Shown here piece by piece: positions 43,901 to 52,197 of a stretch of 52,197 bases of DNA. The notes beneath the pieces are model-generated. The model was not told the DNA's origin. It saw nothing but the letters and a program-made list of their open reading frames with translations, and did no database searches. The stretch spans positions 1 through 52,197 of the forward strand of contig JASLEW010000394.1 of the NCBI GenBank assembly GCA_030150965.1, given 5' to 3'. The stretch comes from Thermoanaerobaculia bacterium. Lineage in GTDB: Bacteria > Acidobacteriota > Thermoanaerobaculia > Multivoradales > UBA5704. Within the stretch, counting starts at the first letter, position 1. Every line of letters begins with the position of its first letter. The position numbers and the translations under genes are program-made.

Positions 43901-44638
43901 AACGGCTGCACCACCCGCCGCGAGCTGGTGAGCTCGACCTACGTGGACGTGCGGCCCGATCCCAAGGCGAGCAACGTGCACGTCCTGTCGCAGGCCGCGG
44001 CCCCGAGCGGCGGGCTCAGCACCGTCGTCGAGCTCACTCCGACCGACCGTTTCGGCAACCTGTGGGGACCCGGCCGCTTCGACGCCCGCGGCTGCGAACC
44101 GGCGAAAGCCTGCGCCATCGTGGCCGGCTCCGTCGTCGATGCGGGCACCGGCACCTACCGGGTGACCCTCGACACGCCCCCCGGCACCGCCGGGGTCCGC
44201 CTGCTGGCCGCCGGTGGGACCTTCGACCTGACCCTGCCGTGCCCCGCCTGCGCGCGCCTCGCCGGCCTCCAGGTCGAAACCGCGCGCCTCTTCGAGCACT
44301 CCACGACCCGCGCCACGGTCCGCCTCGACAAGCCGGCCCCGCCCGGCGGCGCTCTGGTCTTCCTCGCCAGCGCCAACGCGCTGGCCGCAACGCTCCCGGC
44401 AACCGTCACCATCCCCGCCGGCGAGAGCCAGGCGGCCTTCACCGTGACCCTCCACCACGCCCACGACGGTCCGGCGCTGGCGAACCTCACCGCCACCTAC
44501 GGCGGCTCGGAGGCCAGGGCAGCGGTGACCGTCCTGCCGATCGCCTGGCAGAAGAGCGCCGCGGCGCCGGCGGCGCCAGCGCCCCAGCACCACCACGCGC
44601 ACGATCCGCAGGAGCCGGTCAAGCCGCCCGCGCCGTGA
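40973..44638 (+). CDS. Large secreted protein: tyrosinase-like (type-3 copper) domain + von Willebrand factor A domain + ~750-aa C-terminal region of unknown fold
   Basis: GGAGG lies 6 nt before ATG 40973. Arg-rich N-terminus followed by a hydrophobic stretch (ACAALLLVAGTLGA). CuA-like HKVWHECF...WYAFHRQFEFDYD (~41320-41420). CuB-like EFHGLMHQAV...DGMFWRLHKALDD (~41757-41880), close to the DPxF[W]xxHxxxD signature. vWA MIDAS VVVLDRSGSMGD...LLLTDGIEN (~41918-42330). Confidence 0.6.
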   Translation: MAKRRAGVVSLLSPVREGHDRRARRARRGGHAVARACAAARPTACAALLLVAGTLGAPRPGAAETCWAYGDSVNALVPIRCVQKSDLTSPCSYGSLASPTDCTAVPAASPQTILEMHKVWHECFGAVGGSNPPAGRGQRWYAFHRQFEFDYDAFRRGVGFPPIESLDWCPGMDMPYGTDPIALAPGAHPLGCGTGTPRPDHVACPECIAFAQCLFLPGGGPIGCPSAPSATCSTPDPAVSFPYASLDQFQSVDEVTKLLDAEFHGLMHQAVADADNPGFYNQDNSGSNCSPRDGMFWRLHKALDDVVRAWQDVKAVDVVVVLDRSGSMGDPDASGSTKLQAALAAVNNFAGLLETSRTDGQVNRIGLVSFSNAATPDLPMTVADSTLLAAGGPLATALGHISATGPGGCTGMGAGIQQAINLLCPGGSCNGFAGPGNPRKAILLLTDGIENVPPCLQPAGASGATCGDQCFGPQLDYTHLSFTQLVAVGFGTAATLDGGKLTLLAERQGGIYVQNPGGAGDDLKHFFTKGFGELTDEFTRVDPTGVLAPADAASEPVDYSSCGDSKLTFASGWLAPVPAGALRLQVTTPTGALVLPAGPGVQASRQPTWDFARIKLPQGAPVTGAWSAQIIRPHRVYVNGFTPDSFADPAAGTTLVRDEIHRLCPDGCRRVLTVELGRRGPVSAYVQAVKAEEQAGALSGVKSLTDAKEFAAALAGGAWDLIVYAYMGAETAQPYDEGFANLICQGQRAVLTDVRAQVGGPVILRCGGALREGPTNWPLLAGDGRLAAGSFALRNPGYPVFSFGLRPTSGQSIVQATAGGKDPAVTAIVSTGKEVRWYLDVLGSGLARIDLHNRSLDQRAGDELFATAHILPSFVPAGGFDKVDARVEVTYPQIGLGTLLSRAKGEPRRVNGEILSARSAAASKLAIPTATATFPLYDDATHGDLLPNNAYWTAALTGIKATDGPYTLHFTFDLTKNGCTTRRELVSSTYVDVRPDPKASNVHVLSQAAAPSGGLSTVVELTPTDRFGNLWGPGRFDARGCEPAKACAIVAGSVVDAGTGTYRVTLDTPPGTAGVRLLAAGGTFDLTLPCPACARLAGLQVETARLFEHSTTRATVRLDKPAPPGGALVFLASANALAATLPATVTIPAGESQAAFTVTLHHAHDGPALANLTATYGGSEARAAVTVLPIAWQKSAAAPAAPAPQHHHAHDPQEPVKPPAP

Positions 44639-44693
44639 GGCCGGGTCTCGCCGGCAGGCGCACCCAACCTGCCTGGACCGGTGCTCTCCCGGC

Positions 44694-44818
44694 ATGGTAG
44701 CACCGCCGGCGATGCCCGTTGTGGCGGATGGTGGGTCGAAGGCATGCGGTGGCGCGGGTCGATGAGCACCGAGGGCTGCGGACGCCGAACGCGAAGGCCG
44801 GCGGTGCTCTCGGCAGGG
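44694..44818. repeat. Copy A of a ~125-nt intergenic structured repeat
   Basis: Aligns without gaps to 46873-46997 with 11 mismatches in 125 nt (hand alignment). The 5' AGCACCGCCGGC is the reverse complement of the 3' GCCGGCGGTGCT, closing a ~100-nt element. Confidence 0.8.
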
Positions 44819-44900
44819 TCGTCGGCAGCCCCCGAGCCCGGTCGCGGGCCGCCGACAGGAGCCCCGGCTTCAGCGATGTCCGGGACTGGCGCGTGGCAAA

Positions 44901-46094
44901 ATGGGCGCCATGCGCGGTTCTCGGCTGGCGCTCCCCGCGGTGCTCCTGGCCTCCATGACCCTGGCGGCGCTGGCGGCAGCCTCGGGGCAGACGCCCCCCC
45001 GCTTCGGTGAGGAGATCTCGGTGCGGCTGGTCACCGTGGTGGTGCGGGTGGTGGACGGGGCAGGGGCGCCGCTGCTCGGCCTCACCCCTGACGACTTCCG
45101 CGTGCGCGTGGGGCGGAGGGTGGTGCCGGTCGCAGCGGTCGATTGGGTGGTCTCCGCTGCCGAGTCCCCGGTCGCGCCGGCGGCGGCCGGGACGCCCGCG
45201 GCGGCTCCGGAGAACGCTGAGAGATCACCGGCCGGGGAGAGCGGGAAGGTCCCCGCGGACCGAGAGGCCATCCCGCTCACCGCCGGCGAGCCGGCGTTGC
45301 TCCCGGCGGAGCCGCCGCCGGCCTTGGCCGCCGGCAAGCTGGTGGTGATCTTCGTGCAGGCCGACGCCAACTCGCCGACCCGCACCCGCGGGCACCTGCG
45401 CACGCTCCCCTTCGCCCGCGAGCTGCTCGCGGCGCTGCCGCCCGAGGACCAGGTGGCGGTGCTGTCGTTCGATTCGCATTTGAAGCTCTGGCAGGACTTC
45501 ACCCGCGACCGCGCCGTCATACCCGAAGCGATCTATCGGGCGATTCACTTTGGCGGCAGCCCAAAAGCGACCTCCCTGGGCGCCACCGGCGCGCCACGGT
45601 TGGCGGCGCACTTCGATACGGCGGCGGCGGCCGACGCCGCGTCGCCCGAGCGCGCCCTGGCGGTGACCGCCGAGGCGCTGGCGGCGCTGCCGGGCGAGAA
45701 GGTGATCGTGTTCATGGCGTGGGGCCTGGGCCATTTCAGCAGCTGGGGCACGCGGATGACCCCCGCCTTCGCGCCGGCGGTACGGGAGCTCAAGGCGGCT
45801 CGCGCCAGCGTCTTCGTGCTCGACGTCACCGAGGCCGGCTCCCACAGCCTGGAGGTCGGCCTGGAGGGGATCGCCGAGGCGACCGGCGGCACCTACGAGA
45901 AGACCAACCTGTTCCCGGGCCTGGTCGTCGAGCAGCTCGCGCGCACCATCTCCGGCTACTACGTGCTGACCCTCGACGCCGGCGCCATGCCGGCAGGCGG
46001 CGGCGAGGTCAACGTGTCACTGCACAGCCGTCGGGCCACCGTCCTGATGCGGCCAACCGTGATCCCGTCCCCAGGCCGCCCCACCCAGGAATAA
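44901..46094 (+). CDS. VWFA-related acidobacterial-domain protein (secreted)
   Basis: Signal-like MGAMRGSRLALPAVLLASMTLAALAAASGQ. Then FGEEISVRLVTVVVRVVDGAGAPLLGLTPDDFRVRVGRRVVPV, the characteristic N-terminal block of the VWFA-related Acidobacteria family. A vWA-like core follows (VVIFVQAD...VLSFDSHLKL...VFVLDV). Confidence 0.7.
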   Translation: MGAMRGSRLALPAVLLASMTLAALAAASGQTPPRFGEEISVRLVTVVVRVVDGAGAPLLGLTPDDFRVRVGRRVVPVAAVDWVVSAAESPVAPAAAGTPAAAPENAERSPAGESGKVPADREAIPLTAGEPALLPAEPPPALAAGKLVVIFVQADANSPTRTRGHLRTLPFARELLAALPPEDQVAVLSFDSHLKLWQDFTRDRAVIPEAIYRAIHFGGSPKATSLGATGAPRLAAHFDTAAAADAASPERALAVTAEALAALPGEKVIVFMAWGLGHFSSWGTRMTPAFAPAVRELKAARASVFVLDVTEAGSHSLEVGLEGIAEATGGTYEKTNLFPGLVVEQLARTISGYYVLTLDAGAMPAGGGEVNVSLHSRRATVLMRPTVIPSPGRPTQE

Positions 46095-46277
46095 GCGCCA
46101 GCCCGTAACCTGCAGCGCGCAGCTGACTCTGTATCCTGCAAGGCGGGCAGGATGGCCCTACTGTCCATACTGGCGGGCAAGAGGAGGCTACGCAATGGCC
46201 ACGAGATTCCTCAGGGCTCTGCCCGGGGTGGCGTTCCGCGCCACGGGGTCCTCGGGCTGCCGCCTGGCGCAAAGCTC

Positions 46278-46844
46278 CTAGCGGAAGAGATTGCGGAGCG
46301 GGATCTCGAGCCCTGGGAGGAGGGGGGTGGTGAGGATGTCTCCAGCAGCTGCGGTGAGGTTGGTCGATGGACCGAATTGTCCGTGCTGGTTGCGGGGTAA
46401 GACGCGGACGGCCTTGCGCCAGGAGTCAAGGATCCAGTACTCCCTGACCCCGAGCTTCTCGTAGCGATCGCGCTTGAGGGTTTCGTCTCGGTGGCGGGTG
46501 GAGGCGGATAGGATCTCGATCACCAGGTCGGGCGCTCCCTTGACGTTGGCTTCGGTGGTGATGCCGAGGCGGTCGGTCGAGATGAAGAAGATATCGGGCT
46601 GGACGATGTCGTGAGGTGAGAGCAGGACATCGACCGGGGCAATGAAGACCTCGCCCAGTTGGTGGTCGTCAACGAAATTTGCGATTGCCCGGTAGGACCT
46701 GCCCAGGAGACGCTGGTGGTCGAGCGAGGGGGCCGGACTCACGTAGTGCTCTCCGTCGATGATCTCGTGGCGCCGGCCGTCATCGGGGATCTGGACGTAA
46801 TTCTCGTAGCTGAGTTTGCGTTGGGCTGGGTCTCTAACGGCCAT
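46278..46844 (-). CDS. Uma2-family (DUF820) putative endonuclease
   Basis: AAGGAGG lies 7 nt before the Met at 46844. MAVRDPAQRKLSYENYVQIPDDGRRHEIIDGE...PDLVIEILSASTRHRDETLKRDRYEKLGVREYWILD matches the PD-(D/E)xK Uma2 signature. The track start 47003 is an extension into the repeat. Confidence 0.85.
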   Translation of the reverse strand: MAVRDPAQRKLSYENYVQIPDDGRRHEIIDGEHYVSPAPSLDHQRLLGRSYRAIANFVDDHQLGEVFIAPVDVLLSPHDIVQPDIFFISTDRLGITTEANVKGAPDLVIEILSASTRHRDETLKRDRYEKLGVREYWILDSWRKAVRVLPRNQHGQFGPSTNLTAAAGDILTTPLLPGLEIPLRNLFR

Positions 46845-46872
46845 CTCGGCCCCTCCTTGGAGCTCCCTTGGG

Positions 46873-46997
46873 ATGGTAGCACCGCCGGCGATGCTCGTCG
46901 TGGCGGATGGTGGGCCGAAGGCATGAGGTGGCGCGGGTTGATGAGCGCCGAGGGCTCCGGACGCCGAGCGCGAGGGCCGGCGGTGCCCTCGGCAGGG
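46873..46997. repeat. Copy B of the ~125-nt intergenic structured repeat
   Basis: See copy A; same orientation. It lies 29 nt upstream of the Uma2 start, in the divergent Uma2/vapB intergenic region. Confidence 0.8.
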
Positions 46998-47235
46998 AGT
47001 CATCGGTCAAGGAAAGGACCGCGAGCCGGCAGTCGTGATCGCAGCCATCCGGCACTCATAGTAAAAGACGCCAAACAGCAGTCCGAAAGACGCAGCAGCT
47101 CGCGGCGGGCAGGCTTCATCTCGCATCAAGTCAGCCCGCCCCGATCTGGCGAACCAAGTGCGAATCGAGGCCGGGTCGGACGGCACGCTGCGCAGGCCGG
47201 CGAGACCAGGGGGTGGATCTTCCGCCTCTCGCTTG

Positions 47236-47256
47236 AGCAAGGAAGACATCCTTGCT
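47236..47256 (+). promoter_or_regulatory. Perfect 8-bp-arm palindrome just upstream of vapB (candidate VapB/VapBC operator within a sigma-70-like promoter)
   Basis: AGCAAGGA-agaca-TCCTTGCT. It is embedded between TTGAGC (47233-47238) and TAGAGT (47256-47261), which are spaced 17 nt apart. Confidence 0.35.
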
Positions 47257-47268
47257 AGAGTAAGGATC

Positions 47269-47559
47269 ATGTCCAAAGTCACGAGCAAGCTCCAGGTCAC
47301 GCTGCCCAAGGCCCTTGCAGACCAGTACGGCATCCGGCCCGGTGATGAGATTGAGTGGGAGGCGGCTGGGGATGTCATCCGTGTTCTGGTGCCGGGCGCA
47401 ACGCCCGCCGCCACCGATCACGAGCGGCGGCTGCGGAACTTCGAGGCGGCGCTGCGGCGCCAAGCCGAACGCGAAGCGAGTGCTCCCCGGCCGCGAAGCG
47501 TAAACGGCGACCGCGGTTGGACTCGCGAGGAGCTCTACGATCGTGGTGGCCCTCGTTGA
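47269..47559 (+). CDS. vapB: AbrB/SpoVT-fold antitoxin (VapB-type)
   Basis: MSKVTSKLQVTLPKALADQYGIRPGDEIEWEAAGDVIRVLVPG is a typical SpoVT/AbrB swapped-hairpin domain. It overlaps the downstream PIN gene by 17 nt. Confidence 0.8.
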   Translation: MSKVTSKLQVTLPKALADQYGIRPGDEIEWEAAGDVIRVLVPGATPAATDHERRLRNFEAALRRQAEREASAPRPRSVNGDRGWTREELYDRGGPR

Positions 47560-47968
47560 CACCAACATCCTGATCTACGTCTTCGATCCGCGCTTCCCCG
47601 AGCGCCAGCGGCGCGCCGCCGAGATCCTCCACCAAGGCCTCCGCGACGACACGCTGCGCCTTCCACACCAGGCCATCGTGGAGTTCGTGGCCGCGGTCAG
47701 CCGGCCTCTGCGCGATGGTCCGCCCCTGCTCGCCGCACACGAGGCGAGGCGGGAGGCCGAGGAGCTGCTGGACCAGTTCCCCGTACTCTTCCCGACGCCG
47801 GGCCTGGTCCGCCTAGCATTGCGAGGAGTGGCCGCCTACCAGCTGAGCTGGTTCGACGCCCACCTCTGGGCCTACGCCGAGTACTACGGACTGCCGGAGC
47901 TGTGGAGCGAGGACTTCCAGCACGACCGCCTCTACGGCACGGTGCGCGTCGTCAATCCCTTCTGCTGA
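47543..47968 (+). CDS. vapC: PIN-domain ribonuclease toxin (VapC-type)
   Basis: VALVDTNILIYVFDP at the N-terminus (first catalytic Asp). About 140 aa, with a C-terminal LWSEDFQHDRLYG-type block. Confidence 0.85.
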   Translation: MVALVDTNILIYVFDPRFPERQRRAAEILHQGLRDDTLRLPHQAIVEFVAAVSRPLRDGPPLLAAHEARREAEELLDQFPVLFPTPGLVRLALRGVAAYQLSWFDAHLWAYAEYYGLPELWSEDFQHDRLYGTVRVVNPFC

Positions 47969-48145
47969 CCGGCCGTGAGCGCATCTCCTACGGCCCATTA
48001 TCTGGCCGTTCTGCGCGCGCAGCCACGAGGCCGAGCCCCACAAGTCGAGCGCCAAGTTCGGTACCGGCAGGCAAAGGAGGCTGTCCCAAGGGTCGCTCGT
48101 GACGAAGCAGGGTCAGCAGGCGCCGAAGGGTGATGAATCCGCGCC

Positions 48146-48727
48146 TCAGGGGTGGATCTTGCGCCCCTCGGCCAGCATCGCGACGAACTTCTCCAGCCGC
48201 CTCGCCCGCGTCTCGGGGCGCTTGGCCTCGTGCAGACGGTAGAGGATGGCGTAGCGGTTGGCGCTGTCGAGGGTGGCGAAGAAGTCCCGCGCCGCGGGGT
48301 TCTTCTCCAGCTCCTGCCGCAGGTCGTCCGGCACGGTGGCGTCGCGCTGGCCCTGGTAGGCGGCCTCCCAGCGGCCGTCCGCCTGGGCCAGCTCGATCTG
48401 GCGCAGGCCGGCGGGGCGCATGCGCCGGCTGGCGATGAGCGCCAGCGCCCGCGTGCGGTTGATCGCCGACCAGCGGCTGCGCGGCTGGCGCGGCGTGAAG
48501 CGCTGCAGCCAGAAGCGCTGGTCGAGCTTGTCCTTCTGCGCGTCGATCCAGCCGTAGCAGAGGGCCACGTCGAGCGCCTCGGAATAGCTGACGGTGGCCA
48601 CGCCCGAGTCCTTCCTGGCAAGCTTCAGCCAGAGGCCGGGCGCCGTCGCATGGTGCGCCGCGAGCCAGACCTCCCAGGCCACGGCGGAGTCGAAGGCCTG
48701 GATGATCCGCTCCGCCCCCGGCTTCAC
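48146..48727 (-). CDS. YdeI/OmpD-associated family protein
   Basis: FDSAVAWEVWLAAHH...LWLKLARKDSG...SYSEALDVALCYGWIDAQK...RFTPRQPRSRWSAIN...ANRYAILYRLHEAKRPETRARRLEKFVAMLAEG is the typical family pattern. The GTG start overlaps the pdxJ stop (GTGA). Confidence 0.75.
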   Translation of the reverse strand: MKPGAERIIQAFDSAVAWEVWLAAHHATAPGLWLKLARKDSGVATVSYSEALDVALCYGWIDAQKDKLDQRFWLQRFTPRQPRSRWSAINRTRALALIASRRMRPAGLRQIELAQADGRWEAAYQGQRDATVPDDLRQELEKNPAARDFFATLDSANRYAILYRLHEAKRPETRARRLEKFVAMLAEGRKIHP

Positions 48728-49617
48728 GCCGGCGCCCCCGCCATGGCGCGCAGCATCTCGCGCACCGCCTCCGGCATGCCCACCAGCACGGCGCGGGCGA
48801 TCAGGGCGTGGCCGATGTTGAGCTCCTCCATCCCGGCGACGGCGGCGATCGGGCCGACGCTCGCGGTGGTCAGGCCGTGGCCGGCGTAGAGGCGGAAGCC
48901 GTGGCCGGTGAGCAGGGCGCCGGCGCGGCGCACCTTCTCCAGCTCCGCCCTCACCCCCGTGTCCTCCCCCACCCCACCGCCGCCGGCACCGCCCACCGCC
49001 CCGTCTCCCCCTCGCCCTGCCGAGCCGCCGCCGCCGGATGCCGCCGACAGGGCCGCGCGGGTGTAGGCGTCGGTGTTGATCTCGGCGCCGGACACCAGCC
49101 GCCCGGGATGCCGGGCGGCGTCCAGCCGCGCCAGCGCCTCGACCTGCCGCTCGTCCGGATCGACGAACACCGAGACCGCGATGCCGGCCGCCGCCAGCCG
49201 CTCGGCCGCCGCCAGCACCGCGCCACCCTGGCCGGCGAGATCGAGCCCGCCCTCGGTCGTCACCTCCTCCGGCCGCTCGGGCACCAGGGTGACCTGGTCG
49301 GGGCGCACCGCGACCGCCACCGCCAGCATCTCGGCGGCGATCGACATCTCCAGGTTGAGCTTGCCGCGCACGGCGGCGCGCAGGCGCTCGACGTCGGCGT
49401 CCTGGATGTGCCGGCGGTCGGCCCGCAGGTGGGCGGTGATGCCGGCGGCCCCGGCCACCTCGGCCAGGCGGGCCGCCTCCACCGGATCGGGATAGGGGGC
49501 GCGGCGCGCCTGGCGCACCGTCGCCACGTGGTCGACGTTGACCGAGAGCCTGACCCCGGACGGCTTGGCGGCGGGTCCTGGCCGGCCCTGGCGGCCCGTG
49601 CCGGGGCTCGTCGCCAC
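48724..49617 (-). CDS. pdxJ: Pyridoxine 5'-phosphate synthase with an N-terminal extension and a Gly-rich internal insertion
   Basis: LSVNVDHVATVRQARRAPYPDPVEAA, ITAHLRADRRHIQDADV, LNLEMS, VTLVPERPEEVTTEGGLD and ELNIGHALIARAVLVGMPEAVREM are the conserved PdxJ blocks. Confidence 0.9.
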   Translation of the reverse strand: MATSPGTGRQGRPGPAAKPSGVRLSVNVDHVATVRQARRAPYPDPVEAARLAEVAGAAGITAHLRADRRHIQDADVERLRAAVRGKLNLEMSIAAEMLAVAVAVRPDQVTLVPERPEEVTTEGGLDLAGQGGAVLAAAERLAAAGIAVSVFVDPDERQVEALARLDAARHPGRLVSGAEINTDAYTRAALSAASGGGGSAGRGGDGAVGGAGGGGVGEDTGVRAELEKVRRAGALLTGHGFRLYAGHGLTTASVGPIAAVAGMEELNIGHALIARAVLVGMPEAVREMLRAMAGAPA

Positions 49618-49832
49618 TAGCGCTCGATCTCCACGTCCGGCCGCACCACGTCCTGCGGCTCGCGCGAGATCAGGACCGTCCCCTGGATGGGGAAGAGGGT
49701 GCGGTGCAAGCGCTCGCCGAACACGCAGTTGATCTCGTAATACCCCTCCGGGCTGATGGTGATGAGGGTGCCCTTGCCCCCCTTCACGCCCAGGATCTCG
49801 TTGTGAATCAGCACGTCGGCTGGTAGCTCCAT
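49617..49832 (-). CDS. Small hypothetical protein (71 aa), co-oriented with and abutting pdxJ
   Basis: The ORF has non-low-complexity composition: MELPADVLIHNEILGVKGGKGTLITISPEGYYEINCVFGERLHRTLFPIQGTVLISREPQDVVRPDVEIER. Its stop overlaps the pdxJ start by 1 nt. I recognise no family. Confidence 0.4.
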   Translation of the reverse strand: MELPADVLIHNEILGVKGGKGTLITISPEGYYEINCVFGERLHRTLFPIQGTVLISREPQDVVRPDVEIER

Positions 49833-49868
49833 CGCCTCTCCCCGGATGCGTCGCGCCGCCCCCGGCGG

Positions 49869-51272
<1,404 letters not shown>

Positions 51273-51312
51273 TTTGGCACATTTGCCCGAAGTCTCGATA
51301 GGATGGGGATCG

Positions 51313-52197
51313 ATGCTACCGACGACGGTCCCGGCCGGCGCCCGCGGCACGGTGCTCGAAGGCACCCTGGAGCGGGTGGTCTACGCCAACGAGGAGAACG
51401 GCTGGACGGTGGTGCGGCTGACGCCGTCCGAAGGTGGGGAGCGCGAGGAGCTCACCGCGGTCGGCAACCTCCTCGGCGTGCAGCCCGGCGAGAGCCTGCG
51501 GCTGACCGGCAGCTGGATCGACGACCCCCGCCACGGCCGCCAGTTCCGGGTGGAGTCCTACGCCACGGTGGTGCCGGCCACCGTCGCCGGCATCGAGCGC
51601 TACCTGGGCTCGGGGCTGATCCGCGGCATCGGCAAGGTGATGGCGGCGCGCCTGGTGGCGGCCTTCGGCATCGAGACGCTGGCGGTGATCGAGGACCAGC
51701 CCGAGCGGCTCCGCGAGGTGGGCGGCATCGGCCCCAAGCGCAGCAACGAGATCCGGGTGGCGTTCCAGGAGCAGCGCGACATCAAGGAGGTGATGGTCTT
51801 CCTGCAGTCGCACGGCGTCTCGACCAGCTACGCGGTGCGGATCTTCAAGGCCTACGGGAGCCTGGCGGTGCGCTGGGTGCGCGACAACCCGTACCGGCTG
51901 GCGACCGACATCCACGGCATCAGCTTCGCCAGCGCCGACCGCATCGCCGCCTCGCTCGGCATCTCGCGCCTCGCGCCGCAGCGCCTCGCGGCCGGCGCGC
52001 TGCACGTCCTGGGGGAGGCGGCCGACCGCGGCCACCTCTACCTGCCGCAGGACCGGCTGGTCGAGGAGGCCGACCGCCTGCTCGGCGCCGGCCAGGGACC
52101 GGTCGAGCAGGCGGTGACGGCGCTCGCCGAGGCCGGCGAGGTGGTGAGCGAGCCGCTGCCGGCCGCTCCGGCACCGCCGGGCCCGCCGGCCGCCGCG
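51313..52197 (+). CDS. recD2: RecD2-like SF1 ATP-dependent DNA helicase, N-terminal part (3' end beyond the window)
   Basis: This gene is not in the ORF track because no stop is reached. My own translation from ATG 51313 is MLPTTVPAGARGTVLEGTLERVVYANEENGWTVVRL...LRLTGSWIDDPRHGRQFRVESY...IERYLGSGLIRGIGKVMAARLVAAFGIETLAVIEDQPERLREVGGIGPKRSNEI. This shows the characteristic RecD2 N-terminal OB/HhH region. Confidence 0.8.
   Translation, partial: MLPTTVPAGARGTVLEGTLERVVYANEENGWTVVRLTPSEGGEREELTAVGNLLGVQPGESLRLTGSWIDDPRHGRQFRVESYATVVPATVAGIERYLGSGLIRGIGKVMAARLVAAFGIETLAVIEDQPERLREVGGIGPKRSNEIRVAFQEQRDIKEVMVFLQSHGVSTSYAVRIFKAYGSLAVRWVRDNPYRLATDIHGISFASADRIAASLGISRLAPQRLAAGALHVLGEAADRGHLYLPQDRLVEEADRLLGAGQGPVEQAVTALAEAGEVVSEPLPAAPAPPGPPAAA

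Noticed and set aside
38172-44695. Antisense ORFs 38172..40778 (868 aa) and 40958..44695 (1245 aa)
   Set aside because: They are antisense to the LanB N-domain gene and the tyrosinase/vWA gene. Their composition is typical of spurious GC-rich frames.
51274-51290. TGGCAC...TTGC-like string suggesting a sigma-54 promoter next to the sigma-54 regulator gene
   Set aside because: The sequence is TGGCACATTTGCCC. The GG-to-GC spacing is about 7 nt instead of the required 10, so it does not fit the -24/-12 consensus.
51316-52035. 239-aa minus-strand ORF in the track
   Set aside because: It is antisense to the clearly recognisable RecD2 N-terminal coding sequence that starts at 51313 and runs off the window.

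Overview
Very GC-rich bacterial chromosomal window. G+C was not computed, but long spurious ORFs in all six frames are the visible symptom. An ADOP duplicated FtsX permease and a VWFA-related acidobacterial-domain protein, both hallmarks of Acidobacteria, suggest an Acidobacteria-like host. From left to right the window holds five blocks. (1) glmM, cut at its 5' end by the window edge. (2) A ~30 kb co-directional, translationally coupled hybrid NRPS-PKS operon. It comprises an MFS exporter, a 2461-aa NRPS with three missing adenylation-type domains, a KS-AT-KR*-carrier PKS, a free-standing C domain, a 4-module NRPS-TE, and a cobalamin-type radical SAM enzyme. A convergent orphan ADOP permease follows it. 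(3) A compact RiPP locus: a secreted M49 peptidase, a Cys/Ser/Thr-rich precursor peptide, and a split LanB (elimination-domain gene, then glutamylation-domain gene), with no cyclase. A secreted tyrosinase-like/vWA giant protein and a VWFA-domain protein follow. (4) A small, apparently lower-GC islet with a Uma2 nuclease and VapBC, with two copies of a ~125-nt structured repeat lying upstream of the VWFA gene and between Uma2 and VapBC. (5) Housekeeping genes: ydeI-like, pdxJ, a small ORF, a sigma-54 response regulator and the start of recD2. The first follow-ups I would choose are the cyclase-less split-LanB locus and the NRPS whose FAAL and two A domains appear excised in frame. All calls rest on motif reading by eye; no database search was possible.
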